A stretch of 63,277 nt of DNA, the filler included, from Octopus bimaculoides (lineage: Eukaryota): NCBI RefSeq assembly GCF_001194135.2. It is 6 parts of 5 records of this genome, joined end to end, with 100 filler letters (N's around TTAATTAATTAA, not from the genome) between each part and the next. Parts side by side here need not be neighbours in the genome. Positions count along the whole stretch, not along the records: positions 25,826 to 43,776 come from NC_069002.1; 5 more parts are not named here. One strand, 5' to 3'. A model generated the notes under the pieces. It was not told the origin of the DNA and searched no databases. It saw only the letters and a program-made list of their open reading frames with translations. Shown here piece by piece: positions 25,826 to 38,693 of this stretch. A program made the translations under genes and the position numbers. Every line of letters starts with the position of its first letter. Within the stretch, counting starts at the first letter, position 1.

Positions 25826-26270
25826 AACGATATTGAAACTGTAAGTCACGACTAGTATGGCTAGAGCATTGATCGCTTCAATCCTGTTTCTCGCGTTCAG
25901 CTCTGTCTTCAGTATTGCTCTCACCCTGCGATAACATTCTCTTCTGATCCTTTCCCTCATCACTGAGTGCTTGATATTGTCCTCTTCAATTACCCCTAGG
26001 TATTTGTAGCTCTCCGCTGGTTCTAGCTCTTTTATGACATTTTGCTGGTCAAGGTTCACATTAGATGTATTTGTCATTTTTCCTTTGATAAAGGTAGCTT
26101 TTGCACATTTATCAAGGCCAAATTGCATCTTGATATCATCACTGAATTGTTTAACAATCGCTAGTAGGCTTTGAGCTGTTGGTCATTTTTTGCAAAGAGC
26201 TTTAAATCATCCATGTAAATGAGATGATTTATATTTTTATCAAATATTTTATAACCATGCATCACAATCA
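25826..26270 (-). mobile_element. R4/Dong-type LINE RT fragment with YMDD motif
   Basis: GYKIFDKNINHLIYMDDLKLFAKND (YMDD ~26208-26219), then MQFGLDKCAK..YKYLGV..CYRRVRAILKTELNARNRIEAIN. Truncated by a gap. Confidence 0.9.
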
Positions 26271-26668
26271 TGTGTACGCGACACGGTGATCTCATATCAA
26301 GATTAACAGCGCATGACCTCGCAGGTGGGGCCAAGTTAGAATTTTCTTCAGGTCAAGTAGTTCATCCCCCTCAAAAGGTCCCTGAATAAGGTTTGTTTAA
26401 GGATGTTGAGCAAAACACCCATGTTTCCAAGGGTGAATTATTCAAACCCCAAAGAATTCCTCTCAACACATGGCTATGATGCTCCCCCACTACTTCTGCT
26501 CATGATCAGAGATGCATATATCGTCAGCCACTAAGGGACATGCTCAACTGGTTACGGTCAAACAACTGACAAGCAAATCTGTGGTATTGACCAGAATATT
26601 TGCTGTAGCCCATCTTTTATAGCGAGACAAAACAATGTACATGATAACACTTCCAATTAATCAATTAA

Positions 26669-26734
<66 letters not shown>

Positions 26735-26764
26735 GTTATTATTATTATTTTCTCTTTATCACAG

Positions 26765-26970
26765 GTTTTGTTGGAGCTCCTGGAGTCTTGCATGCGTAGC
26801 GGGCTTACTTCCTGCAACCTACAATGCCATGCTATTCGTTCCTTTCAGCTATCTAATACTTTCCTTGGGTTTTGTTGGAACTCTTGGAATCTTGCATGAG
26901 TAACAGGCTTGCTGTTGCAGCCTACGGTACCATTCTATCTGTTCTTTTAAACTATCTAATACTTTCCTGA
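26765..26970. repeat. Imperfect tandem duplication, period 104 bp
   Basis: GTTTTGTTGGA..TCTTGCATG..CTATCTAATACTTTCCT occurs twice. Confidence 0.85.
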
Positions 26971-27097
26971 TTATTCTAGCAGTACCAAAGAGACAAAACA
27001 GCTCTACTGAGCACTATCTTCACCTTCTCCATTTTCCATAGTCGGGCTGTTTCGTACTTAAAAGGGTTGTATATATATATTTTTGCCTTCCTTTTTG

Positions 27098-27197
<100 letters not shown>

Positions 27198-29511
27198 ATA
27201 GTAGTAGTAGTAGTAGTAGTAGTGAGGCGGGGAGCTGGCAGAATCATTTAGCACGCCGGACAAAATGCTTAGTGGCATTTCGTCTGACTTTTTCAGTGAA
27301 TGCCATTCATTAACTGTTCTTGTGCCATCAGTTGTGATCAATGTGTAATTATGTCACATCCTCCTCTTTATGTCAATGCGCTTTTACGTTTTATATAATT
27401 GTTCAACCTGCGTAAGATACCAGCTAAATTCCCTTAAATCAAACCTTACAGTCGTAATGAATAAAGAACATTTTAGAGATACACCGATACAAACGGAATG
27501 GTTACGGCTGGAATAATTTCGATCAAAAGTCCGCAAGAATTTATATTGTATGTGCATACTTTTAAGAAAACCACTTAAGTAACGCAGAGGAGAAGTTACA
27601 CAAAATATGTAAGGGGATGTCAATAAATAAAGACAAAAAAAAGATATCATATCACCTTACACCGCTTGTTTAATACTACTTCTAGTATATTTCGGGGAAG
27701 CTTCCCTTTATCAAATATAGTAGAAAATAATCCAAGAATTCGGAGAAATATTGTTTTTATTGATAGACCTTTCTTGTGTGTTGTGAGATGGAATGTTTTA
27801 GAAAAATTGTCAATTAGCAAATTGTGACATGAAAGATTTTTCCGAAGATACCAACTATATGAGGATGAAAGACTAAGAAACAAAACTTCAAACTGAATTG
27901 CAAAATTGACATTCCAAACAACTCACCTGTTATTTTATATCACTCACGGGATATAACACAATATGTGCAGGAACAAAGACAGGAAACGGACCCACAAAGC
28001 GAGAGAGATTTTCATTTGACCTCCTAGATATGGCAACAAAATCTACTTCTAGTTATATCCTACTAATTTATATAAAGAAGTATATATAATATAATAAACT
28101 TGATATTAAAAGTAACATTAATGAAGCAAAATTCATACACACAGACACAAGCGCAGACACGTACACACAAATACACACACATACTTATTCATACATACGC
28201 ACATACACAGATGTACACCAATACACGCACACATATACACCTACACAAACCGCACATTCATACAGAAACACGCACATACATAGACATACACTCATACAAA
28301 TACACGTATATACACGCATAAACACATATACAAAGACACATACATATGCTCATATATTCATACACATATATATAATGTACATACCTATACAAACTCACAT
28401 AAATTACGCACACACGTACTTACAGAGATATACACGTACACATGCATACGTATATACAAAATCACATGTACACAAACAAAGATACACATTCACATTCATA
28501 CACACACATAGATACATACACACAGATATAGATACATACAATTACATATGTGTACATATACATACAAATATATATACCTATACATACAAATATATAAGCA
28601 CTCACATGCAGAACTATACGCATATATACTCACAAACATATATATACTCACAAACACATACACACATACACAAACTTGATTTTTTAATCATTTGCTTTTT
28701 ATTCCCTCGTCTATTTGTTGATGTCTATTAATTTATAGATTTTATTAAATTCTTGTTTCACATCTTTGACTTTTTTTTTGTGTCATGGTTCTTTATTTAG
28801 GTCAAAGTACCAGCAGGAAATCCTAAATTTCACAGATTGCCACTACGACACACATATATTCTATTGCTTGCTAATTTTTTATGTAGATTAAGCAATTTAA
28901 ATTTTAAAAAATGCAAGAAGACAGAATAAAACTCAACGGAAGGTGACTGTAAAATTCGCAATAAACAGAATTGAAGATTCCACAATGAAACGAAGTCTTC
29001 ATTATTCTATTTTTTATTTCTGCTTTCTGTTTTCGTTTTAATCGTGTTCCTGAATAAGTAAAGCTAAAAGATCCAACCATGATATTGAATATTTATCGAT
29101 TATCTATAGAATTTTGGTGTTGATTTTTCGAAATATAACTTTTCAATGGTCTATTGGGGAGTATTATTGTTGAGGAAATTAGAAGCAACTACAACAAAAG
29201 TAATACCAATAGTTTCAGTAAGTTTTGATAGTCACGACTTGTTAGTGGAGTTGAGCAACTTTTTGACTTCCGACAGACGGTTCCCCGTTTCATATTGCGA
29301 ATCTGGAGTTGCAACACTTCAAGACATTCAGTCAATTCTCTCACACTACAAAAACCAAATCTATAAACCGTTGCTGCTATTGCCATTGTTCATACCAAGA
29401 TCAAACCTAATAACACAGAGCTATTATCAAAAGCACTCACATACAGAACGATACGCATATATACACATATATACACACATTATCTACAGTGTCTTATATT
29501 TAAGATTATGG

Positions 29512-29650
29512 ACGTATGAGTGGCTGAATGGCTAAAGCGTCCACATCACAATGACGAGGTTATCGATTCGATGTCACTGTGGGACAACTTGTGTAAGTAA
29601 CATTAAGCCCCAGCATCGGGTAGCCTGAAGCCACTTCACCCAGGCTGAAT
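29512..29650 (+). mobile_element. tRNA-like SINE head of a third type
   Basis: GAGTGGCTGAATGGCTAAAGCG (A-box-like) ... ATCGATTCGATGTC (B-box-like), with a body unlike families A and B. Confidence 0.45.
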
Positions 29651-29704
29651 AAAAGGAAAGTTTTTGCATTACTTTCGGTACAACCATTTGAGTATATATA
29701 GACT

Positions 29705-29900
29705 CTTTTACTTATTTCAGTCATTTGATTGCGGCTATGCTGGAGCACCGCCTTTAGTCGAGCAAATCGACCCTGGGACTTATTCTTTGTAAGCGTAGTA
29801 CTTATTCTATCGGTTTCTTTTGCCGAACCGCTAGGTTACGGGGACGCAAACATACCACCATCAGTTGTTAAGCGATGTTGGGGTGACAAACACAGACACG
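29705..29900 (-). mobile_element. SINE family A, 3' half
   Basis: TTTCAGTCATTTGATTGCGGCTATGCTGGAGCACCGCCTTTAGTCGAGCAAATCGACC is the reverse of 290-360. Confidence 0.85.
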
Positions 29901-30097
29901 CAAACATATATACATATATACATATATATATATATACATATATATATATATNNNNNNNNNNNNNNNNNNNNNNNNNNNNNNNNNNNNNNNNNNNNNNNNN
30001 NNNNNNNNNNNNNNNNNNNNNNNNNNNNNNNNNNNNNNNNNNNNNNNNNNNTTATTATTATTATTATTATTATTTATTATTATTATTATTATTATTA

Positions 30098-31120
30098 AGG
30101 CGGCAAGGTGGTAGAATTGCTGGTACGCCGGGCAAAATGCTTACCGTCTTTTCGTCTGTCTTTACGTTCTGAGTTCAAATTCTAACGAGGTCGACTTTAC
30201 CTTTCGTTCTTTCGGGGTCAGCAAAATAAGTACCAGCTGAGAATTGGGGCCAATATAATCGACGTACTCGCATCCCCGAAATTGCTGGCCTTGTGCCAAG
30301 ATTTGAAATCATATTTTTATTATTATTACAATTACCATTATTATTAATATTATTTCGGCTTTACGGAAAATAAAGTATCGGCCAAGTAACGGGAGCCGAT
30401 GTAATTAACTTAGCTCCTCCCCTCAAGCTTGCATGAAAAAATTAACTTGAAACAATCTAGCGGATTTATTAGAGCGTCGAACAAAATGTCTTGCGGTATT
30501 TGTTTTGGCTCTTTACAGTCTAAGTTCAAATACCACCGAGGTGAACTTTGCCTTTCATCACTTCAGGAGCTGATTAAAATAAAGTACCAGTGACGTACTG
30601 GCGTGGATGTAATTGAGTAACTCACTTCTCCATCATTTTTGTCCTTGTGTCTGTGTAAGAACCAGTTCGTTGCTACTATGCGAAAGTGTTGTAAGTTCAA
30701 AATGTTACTTTTTCAGAAAACGAAAAACATTTTCACCATTCCATAGCAAAACCGTTCTGCTACAGTTTGACAATTATTGATATCTTAACATCTAAAGCAG
30801 CTGGAGAAATGATAGTTTGGCCAAAAATAGGTATTGAAAAAAACACATTTGACCAAATTTGGAGCTGTTGGTGGTGCTATTGTTGTTGCTTAAAAGCGGT
30901 GGATTAGCTGACCTCTTAGAACATCACAAAATATTTTTTTAAGGTGTTTCTTCTGGCTTCTTATGCTTTTCATATTCTAAGTTCAAATCAAACAAATGGC
31001 AGCCTTCCCTTTTTCAAACTTACTAGATCGATAAAACAAAGTACCAATCGAGTTCTAGACTCGATAGTGTCGACTAACCCCTCCTCTCAAAATTGATGTC
31101 TTTGTGTCTAAATTGGAAAC
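30098..31120 (+). mobile_element. Cluster of three or more tandem family-B SINE copies (30098-30310, 30460-30660, 30890-31120)
   Basis: Each copy has AGTTCAAAT, a CTTTC..CGATAAAA..AGTACCA core and a GCCTTGTG-type tail. Confidence 0.75.
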
Positions 31121-31869
31121 ATTTATTATTTAAAGATTAATTACGTATGATTTTTTAATATTTTTCTTAAAAAAACGTAAATATTTTTTTCTCTCAATCA
31201 CATTTACGTCTTAATTATTGCGTTCTTAATTAAGAAACACCACAAGTAAATTAATTATATCTTTAGCATGGATGCGTTGTTATAATCGATTTTTTTTCAG
31301 GCAGGAAATATTATTCGTCTGGTATATGTTTTTCTCTGAAAAAAAGTCTCGTATGAGAGATCTTATCTCAGGCGTGGTGATTTTGATCAAAACAGTGGAC
31401 TTAATCATCGAAAGACGGCAATTTCTTGAGTAGAAATTGCCGTCTTTCGATGTGGCATCGTCTATTCCACAAAATAACCTTATTTGAGAGATGCTATCTG
31501 AAATGGGTTAAGATCGGTTCAAAAAAGATTCTGAAGTACTTCTTTGACATCAGGGAAGAATTGGTCACTCATAGAAATATCTGGAATTAAAAAGTGAACT
31601 GGTGAATTGAAAAGAATGTAAAAGAGACGCCATAAAAATAGTCTAATCCTTTAAGTGCATAAAAATTATGTTAGGTAAGTCCCAAAATTTGGTATTTATT
31701 GTAAATCGCGTTGCCTTGATAACTTGACACATCTTGGCAACAAAATAGTTTTGTACATGACATTCCTCAACAAAGATATATTGATATAGAAAACTGCTTC
31801 CTGCAGTTAAGGCGAATAAAATTTTGAGAGGATGTATCAGATTTCTAGGGTTAAAGGGTTAATGCATCT

Positions 31870-32110
31870 GGAAGTTGAAACCATCTTTGAGGAGGACGAG
31901 GAGGACGAAGTGGAGGACGATAAGGGGAACGAGGACTAGGAGAACGATGGCGATGAGAACGAGGAGGGCGAGGACGAGGAGAACGATGACAACGAGGAGG
32001 AGGAGAAGGAGGAGAACGACGAGGATGAGAACGAGGACGAGGAGGAGCGGGAAAGACGGTGATTAGGTGAAGGAAGAGAAGGAAGACGAGAACGAAGAAA
32101 AAGAGAAACG
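31870..32110. repeat. GAG/GAC/GAA low-complexity tract
   Basis: Direct reading. Confidence 0.9.
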
Positions 32111-32683
32111 AAAAGGAGTTAAGAGAGATGAAATAGAATTATCGACTAAGTAAATATCATTTACGTTTTTGGAAGTCTGAATAGCCGAGTCGACCAATTC
32201 AGAGGTGAACGTTTCGTGATCTCTCACCAGCAAGAAAGTTGTATCAGTGACGGCCAACTCTTAACTGTTTCGTGTTCCAGTCCACAAATACATTTGTAGC
32301 GTCTGTATGCTGATACCTTTCTTTATTGTCTAATACAATTGACAGAGTTACTCCAACACAGCTGCAGTCCAATGGTTGAATCGTGTAAAAGAGTTTTAAC
32401 AAGCCATTTCCCAATGCTGGGTTCACTACGTCTGACGTCGTGTCTATGGAGCAATTTCTGTTTTATCCGGTGAAATCTTTGAAAGCTGGGATTTGATTAA
32501 ATATTGATCGATATAGATCGATATTTGACAGAATCTACAGCATTGCATAACACCAAGTAGACAAATATGTGGTCGTTTGATCTGTCTGCTAGAAATGGTA
32601 GCCAAATCTCTCTCAGATCACAACTTAAAGGACACCTTGAAAAACACAGTCTGAGGTACACTAGGTATGCGACAAAGATTCTA

Positions 32684-33050
32684 CAGGGTGACCGCAAAGG
32701 TGAAAATGCTGATTTCCAATAATGTAACGTTTTCAACGTGTTTTTTTTTCCCCCGTCGTTAGTGTTGCGCTTTGCAATATTCACATCTATCCGATGCAGT
32801 AACTCCACATTCCCATCAGTTTGAGCACGTTCGTTCATGATGCGTTCCTTCAGATGATTTGTATCTGTGATTTTCATTGAGGTACACCTTACCGTTCTGT
32901 ACACCTCAGAAAAAAGAGTCGAGAGGATTGATATCTGGTAAGCGAGAAGCCCAATCCTCACAGCCAAGTCTCCTAATTCAGTCAGGGAATTTGTCATCGA
33001 GTCACTATCCAAGCTTCATGGACATTAAGGCTGAAATGTGTTTGAATATG
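32684..33050 (-). mobile_element. Tc1/mariner DD37D/rosa-like transposon 3' end
   Basis: Minus-strand LDDKFPD..WASRLPDINPLDSFF (cf. WPPRSPDLNPLDFF) and HLKERI. Terminus TA|CAGGGTGACCGCAAA at 32682-32698. Confidence 0.7.
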
Positions 33051-33242
33051 AACCTGTTCGATCAGAGGTGATCTGGAGCTAAACAACGTTATTTACATTA
33101 TCGACACCGAGAGGGATGAAAAAGTTGACTCCTACAAGTTTCGAATTCACACTGTACAAGAACCATTTAAATATTATTTAAATTTTATTCTGATTTCTTC
33201 CGTTTCAGCTCCCTCTCCACTGCCTGAAGAAAGCAAATAATA

Positions 33243-33279
<37 letters not shown>

Positions 33280-33884
33280 TGATGATGATGATGATAATAA
33301 TAATAATAAAATGTCTTAATTACATGTTATATTTTTGTAACATTAACAGTTTCCTTCTAATTATTTTGTTTCGCTGTACAATACACATAATTCTGCACAT
33401 TTAAGTTCACCCAGCCGCGGAGAAACAACTTCAAGAATCGAAGAATACTTTATCTGATAGCATAATTTACATATATTACACAAACTAGCATCACATTAGC
33501 GACGTTTAATCATGTGAAATATGTAAATTGATACAACAAATTAATTATATATTTCGGAAAGTTAAAAGTTACTCAGTCATAGAGTTTCCTTGAAAATAAA
33601 GAGAAGAATGAAATATTTCTTTCATCAATCAAAATATTTCTAAACTATTTTAGAATATTTTAAACTCTTTAAAATGCATTATCTGTAGTTGTTTTCGTTA
33701 TGTTGTTTTTCTTCTCCTCCAAATCAACTTTGACTGAGGAAACCAACAAGTTAAGCCGTATATATCTACTCATCTTTATTCGGTCACGTTGCACGTTGGA
33801 CCACCTTATCCTTGTTGAATACAAAAACGTACGATTTGAGGGAGATTTGGTTACTATTTCAAGTAAGTTCAGCAACTGTGTAGA

Positions 33885-33940
<56 letters not shown>

Positions 33941-34299
33941 CTCCTTTTAACCTCGAACTGATTATTTGAATGTATTAAATGTTAACCGTACATTCACTTA
34001 TAAGAAATGCAGAATAAATTATAATCGGAAACTCTATTTAATTTCTTCCCTCACACAAATCTCAGAGGAAGGCGAAGATAAAACTCATCGAGAGAGACGT
34101 TGAAATATCACAGACAGCTGGAAGAAATATCACCATTCTTCGGACATTGAATAGCATCCTTGAAGAGAAATCTTTGACATAGAAATATTTCCATAAAAGA
34201 ATACTTCTGATCCGTCAATTCATGCTTTATTTTATTGGAATTATACTCAAGGAAGGGAAAGCTATTGTCTTACTGATACAAGAATGAAAAGCATATTGT

Positions 34300-34450
34300 A
34301 CAGGACGGCCGAATGATTAAAAAAGGCTGCTTCGCAATAACCAGGTTCCATGTTCGATTTCAGCGTGCGTCGCCTTGGGTAAATGTCTTTTACTATGGCC
34401 TCGGGTCACCCCCTACTTGTGAATGAAATTGGATAAATGGAAGCTGTAGA
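34300..34450 (+). mobile_element. SINE family A 5' half, degenerate
   Basis: CTTGGGTAAATGTCTTTTACTATGGCCTCGGG..TTGTGAATGAAATTGG matches 85-150. Confidence 0.6.
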
Positions 34451-34804
34451 AGCTCATTAAATAGGTTGTTACACTTGCAATTCAAGAGTCCGGGGTTGTT
34501 ACACTATCTTATACTCATTTCAAGTGGGAATTCGGATATAGGACCACGAATTTGTGGGATATACAACTGTTTATAATGACAAGGTAATTCAGTTGCCCGA
34601 ACAAATGAATAATCATCGTCGAAACAGACGGAGGTTCATTACTTAAATTAAGAAACCAGGACAGATAAAAAGCAAAGCTGAATGATGGACGAAACCACAA
34701 AAAATTCAATCCGCTCTTCTTCGAATCTGCTATTGATTGATTTTGGGAGGAGGTGACTTGCGAAGTTCTAAAACCTTTTTGCTAAAATTTGCTTGTAATT
34801 AAAG

Positions 34805-34985
34805 AACAAGGTGAGCAAATTTTAGAGGGAGGACGCTAGTTGATTAAACCTACCCCAGTAATTAACTGGTACTTTTTTATCAACCTTGAAAGGATGAAAA
34901 GCAAAGTTGGACTTGGTAGCATTTAAATCCAGAAGAAATGTCACTAAGCATTTTGTCCCGAAGTGTTGGCGATTCTGCCATTATT
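34805..34985 (-). mobile_element. SINE family B
   Basis: ACTGGTACTTTTTTATCAACCTTGAAAGGATGAAAAGCAAAGTTG..CTAAGCATTTTGTCC..GATTCTGCCA. Confidence 0.75.
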
Positions 34986-35243
34986 ATGGTTGGGTCATGT
35001 AAACATTTGAAACACACGCGCACTAATAACCTTTTGCATCGTATTTCGGTGATAAAGAAACGGTAGATTATTAATGACCAGGTCGTAGAATTAGAAAGAC
35101 AGACATCGATAGAATTTTAAATAATGTAGCCTAGAACGTCATTTTCATGTTTTAATTGGCCATGATGTTTGTCACCACGATACAGTCATTGCACTTTTAA
35201 CCCGTGACTTTAGATTAACTTCCTTGTCCAATAATTACAACTA

Positions 35244-35451
35244 TCGTATTTTCTGATGTACAAGTCGATTTTTTCAGATCAAAATTTACAGCTAAAATAG
35301 GTATGTCGACTTTAGAGGACCAAAACGACTTTGGAGGACTAAAACTCGTGTCGAAATGCAGTATGGTTCAGAAAGATAGTACCGGTGTTTGAAGGTTTAC
35401 ATTGCACGCTTATGTCGTATACTATATCGACTTGTATGCCGGAAAATACGG
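35244..35451. mobile_element. 208-bp MITE, Tc1/mariner superfamily (pogo/Tc2-like TIR), TA target duplication
   Basis: Left TA|TCGTATTTTCTGATGTACAAGTCGAT and right ATCGACTTGTATGCCGGAAAATACGG|TA form ~26-bp imperfect inverted termini. Confidence 0.8.
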
Positions 35452-36139
35452 TATTAGATTGATTTTCTCATCAGTTTAAAATATTTTAATACTAATTACG
35501 TAAAATTTTAGCATTTATAATGAACATTTTCTTACTTGGAAAAAATCAGCAACGTCTCCAAAATGTGGATAAAATGCAATATTTTACTGAGAAACAGAGA
35601 GAGCGACAAATAAAGAAAGAGAGAGACGATGAAGTAGGTTATCAGTAAAGCAAAAATAATAAAACACTGGAGAAAGGGAGATTTTAGTTCTAATGCACTT
35701 AACCTTTCTTAATCCCCGGCTTAGAACGGACTTCATAAACCGAGACGGCGTGGTTAGAGCTTTTGGATATCCTTTTTTGTGATATTTGTATTAATGGTAA
35801 CAGAGTGGTAACTATCGTTGAGAGAAACTAACTGATGTTGTAGAACTCATTGTGTATGTGTAAGTGGACATGTGTGTGTAAATGCATGTGTTGTATGTGT
35901 GTTTGGAGTTGTATGTGTTGTGTATGTGTGTATGTGAGTGTGTTGAGTATGTGTGTGTTGTGTATGTGTGTATGTGTGTGTGTAGTATGAGTGCTTTGAT
36001 ATGTGCTTACTCTCTCATCTCTCCTACATCCCACTCTTTCTTTCTCCCCCCTCTCTCTCTCTCTCTCACTGTTTTCTCATTCTCGTCCTTCTTCCCTTCT
36101 CTTTCTATATCACTCGCTCTTTTTCATATTTGTATAACG

Positions 36140-36173
<34 letters not shown>

Positions 36174-36593
36174 NNNNNNNNNNNNNNNNNNNNNNNNNNN
36201 NNNNNNNNNNNNNNNNNNNNNNNNNNNNNNNNNNNNNNNNNNNNNNNNNNNTATACACGTAAGTGATGGATAGTTACAAATACACGCACACACATATGGA
36301 TGATGAATGTTTACAAATGTGTAACGTTTTATACAATCAATACACACACATACACGTCAGAACACATCAACATATACAAATGTCTAATTAACTTATTCAT
36401 ATCTGTGTGTGTGTGTGTAGCATACATGATGGATGCTTACAAACGTGTGAACTTTTATAAATCAACACACACATATACGTCACATTATACATATGTATAT
36501 TAACTTAACTTATGCATACATACATACATAATGCTTTAGAATGTACTTCTTTTTCGGATATATGAACTACTAGCGATATATATATATATGTAA

Positions 36594-36627
<34 letters not shown>

Positions 36628-37079
36628 ATGTATATGTATATCACATCGTTTCTAAATTACGTGCTCAGAAACCTATTGGTATGAACACCGTAAGTAATAA
36701 CCCTGGTGACTCTTTCAAAGATTCTATACAGATATAGTCTTAATTTTGTTTTGGTGATTTGCCTGAACAGTGTTCATTTCAATACTCTGGTGTTTCAAAA
36801 GTCAAATAAAAATGTTCCTTCTTCATTTTGCTTTCTTGCAAACGTCTCTTCTTTGTGCTCTTCACAAAAGAACATTTCATTCGGATCTAATTCACTGCAA
36901 TTCTTCCGATCAAAACATCTTATTATTCTATATTCTATGACGTTTAAAGTGAAGGCTTGAAAAATTAGACATCTGCTTTCGGTTATTTTCACTGTAACAT
37001 TTCTTTTGTTTATGATGCATGGCGATTGTCGTCTGGCGGCTTTGAATTCAGATAACATAACAATCTGCAGAAAATTGCA

Positions 37080-37368
37080 CCTCTTTCTCTCTCTCTCTCT
37101 CTCTTTCTCTCTCCCTATCCCTTTCTCTCTCCCTATCTCTTTCTCGCACGCGCGCGCGCTCTTTCCCTCTCTTCTTCTCTTTCTCTTTTCCGTTCTCTAT
37201 TTCTTTCTCTCTCTCACCCTCTTTTCCTCTCTCTTCCTCTCTCTCACTTTTCCTCTCTCTCTCTTCTCGCTCTCCCTCTCGCTCTCTTCCTTTCTCTCTC
37301 CCTCTCTTCCTCTCTCTCCCTCTCTATTTTTTCCTCTCTCTCTTCCTCTCGCTCTCCCTCTCGCTCTC

Positions 37369-37403
<35 letters not shown>

Positions 37404-37430
37404 ACCTGTCTCTCCCTTCCTCTCTCTCTG
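37080..37430. repeat. (CT)n polypyrimidine tract
   Basis: Direct reading. Confidence 0.95.
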
Positions 37431-37769
37431 ATTGTAATTTAGTTTGACGTACTCGCTTAGTATTTGTTATGTCTCAAGCTATTGCTATCTAGCATCTTCG
37501 GATGATCTCTACTCAACCGCTACACAACTGCTACTCGACTGCTACCACGGCCAGACTACCTCTATTTATATGTCTTGGGCGATCCTACTTCTTCGCCTGG
37601 GGGCGTCGACACAACAGTATTCCATTTCTTCAAACCACAGCCTCGTGGTACAAACACTGAATTTCATAGTTCAGTCATTGTTGACGCAGGGAGGACTTTA
37701 TTTTCAATCTCTATATTTTAAGAAAGATGATTCTGAGCCTCAAACAACAATATCAAAAACAACATCACT

Positions 37770-38000
37770 GCGCTATCGCAGCAAAGGAAAAGCCGTATGT
37801 CGGCAAAATCAACGAATGCCGGAAAAATGAGAAATTTCATCCGGCTCTTTCTGTTCTGGGTTCAATTCCTAACGCAGTCAACTTTACATTTCATCCTTTC
37901 CATGTCGATAAAATAAAGTGCCAGTCAAGTACTACAACGGATGCAATCGGCTGACACCCTCCCCTCAAAACTGTTGTCCTTGTTTCTAAATTAAAGATAG
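37770..38000 (+). mobile_element. SINE family B, degenerate
   Basis: GGGTTCAATTCC..CAACTTTACATTTCATCCTTTCCATGTCGATAAAATAAAGTGCCAG. Confidence 0.65.
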
Positions 38001-38544
38001 TTCTATGATTAATAGAAATAAATTTCAACTCCACAATCCTCATGTTGTTGTTGTTGTCTTTTACTTCAAGTCAGCGCAGGCCTATGACCAAGTCCGTCCA
38101 AACCATGACCACTCTGTCTTTTCCTCAGGAACATAATGCTATTTGGAATCCATCATCCTTGTCTTCTTTTTTAAGGTAGTAGAATGTGGTTATGGATGAT
38201 TTGGTTGCTATTTCTAGCAAATCTTAGAGTGTAGCTACTTATAGTTCAATTGATTGATTCAGTTCAGTAATTACGTGAAACAATAGGATTCCGTTGATGG
38301 GTTTCGAACCTTTGACATTTCGAGTGGTAATATGATATCTTATTGACTCGACCAGGCTCGAATCCCAATGGAGAGGAAGTCAGTTTAACAGACGCCGTTC
38401 TTTCTCAAACTAGTTATTGACAATGAAAATTACAAATAATGAGAGAAAACGAATGCCTTTCCTAGTAATCGAAACCTTTATTCTAAGTTCTCTTTTTTAG
38501 CAACTTACACCACACTACAATTCAGGCACAAATATACTCTTCTA

Positions 38545-38693
38545 CTCTAGGCACAAGGCCCAAAATTTTGGGGGAGGGGCCCAGTCGATTAGATCGACCC
38601 AGTACGCACCTGGTACTTAATTTTTCGACCTCGAAAGGCAAAGTCGTCCTCGGCGGAACTTGAACTCAGAACGTAACGGCAAACGAAATACCG
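38545..38693 (-). mobile_element. SINE family B, 3' portion (its 5' head lies at 40335-40385)
   Basis: Ends ...ACGGCAAACGAAATACCG and resumes ATACCGCTAAGCATTTTGCCCGGCGTGC at 40335. Intact copies (e.g. 3076-3110) read AAATACCGCTAAG continuously. Confidence 0.9.

Noticed and set aside
36795-37058. 87-aa minus-strand ORF as a gene
   Set aside because: No recognisable motif or splice support.
38290-38370. tRNA gene on the minus strand
   Set aside because: Only a B-box-like GGTTCGAAACC remnant; no cloverleaf could be built, so it is probably a decayed SINE head.
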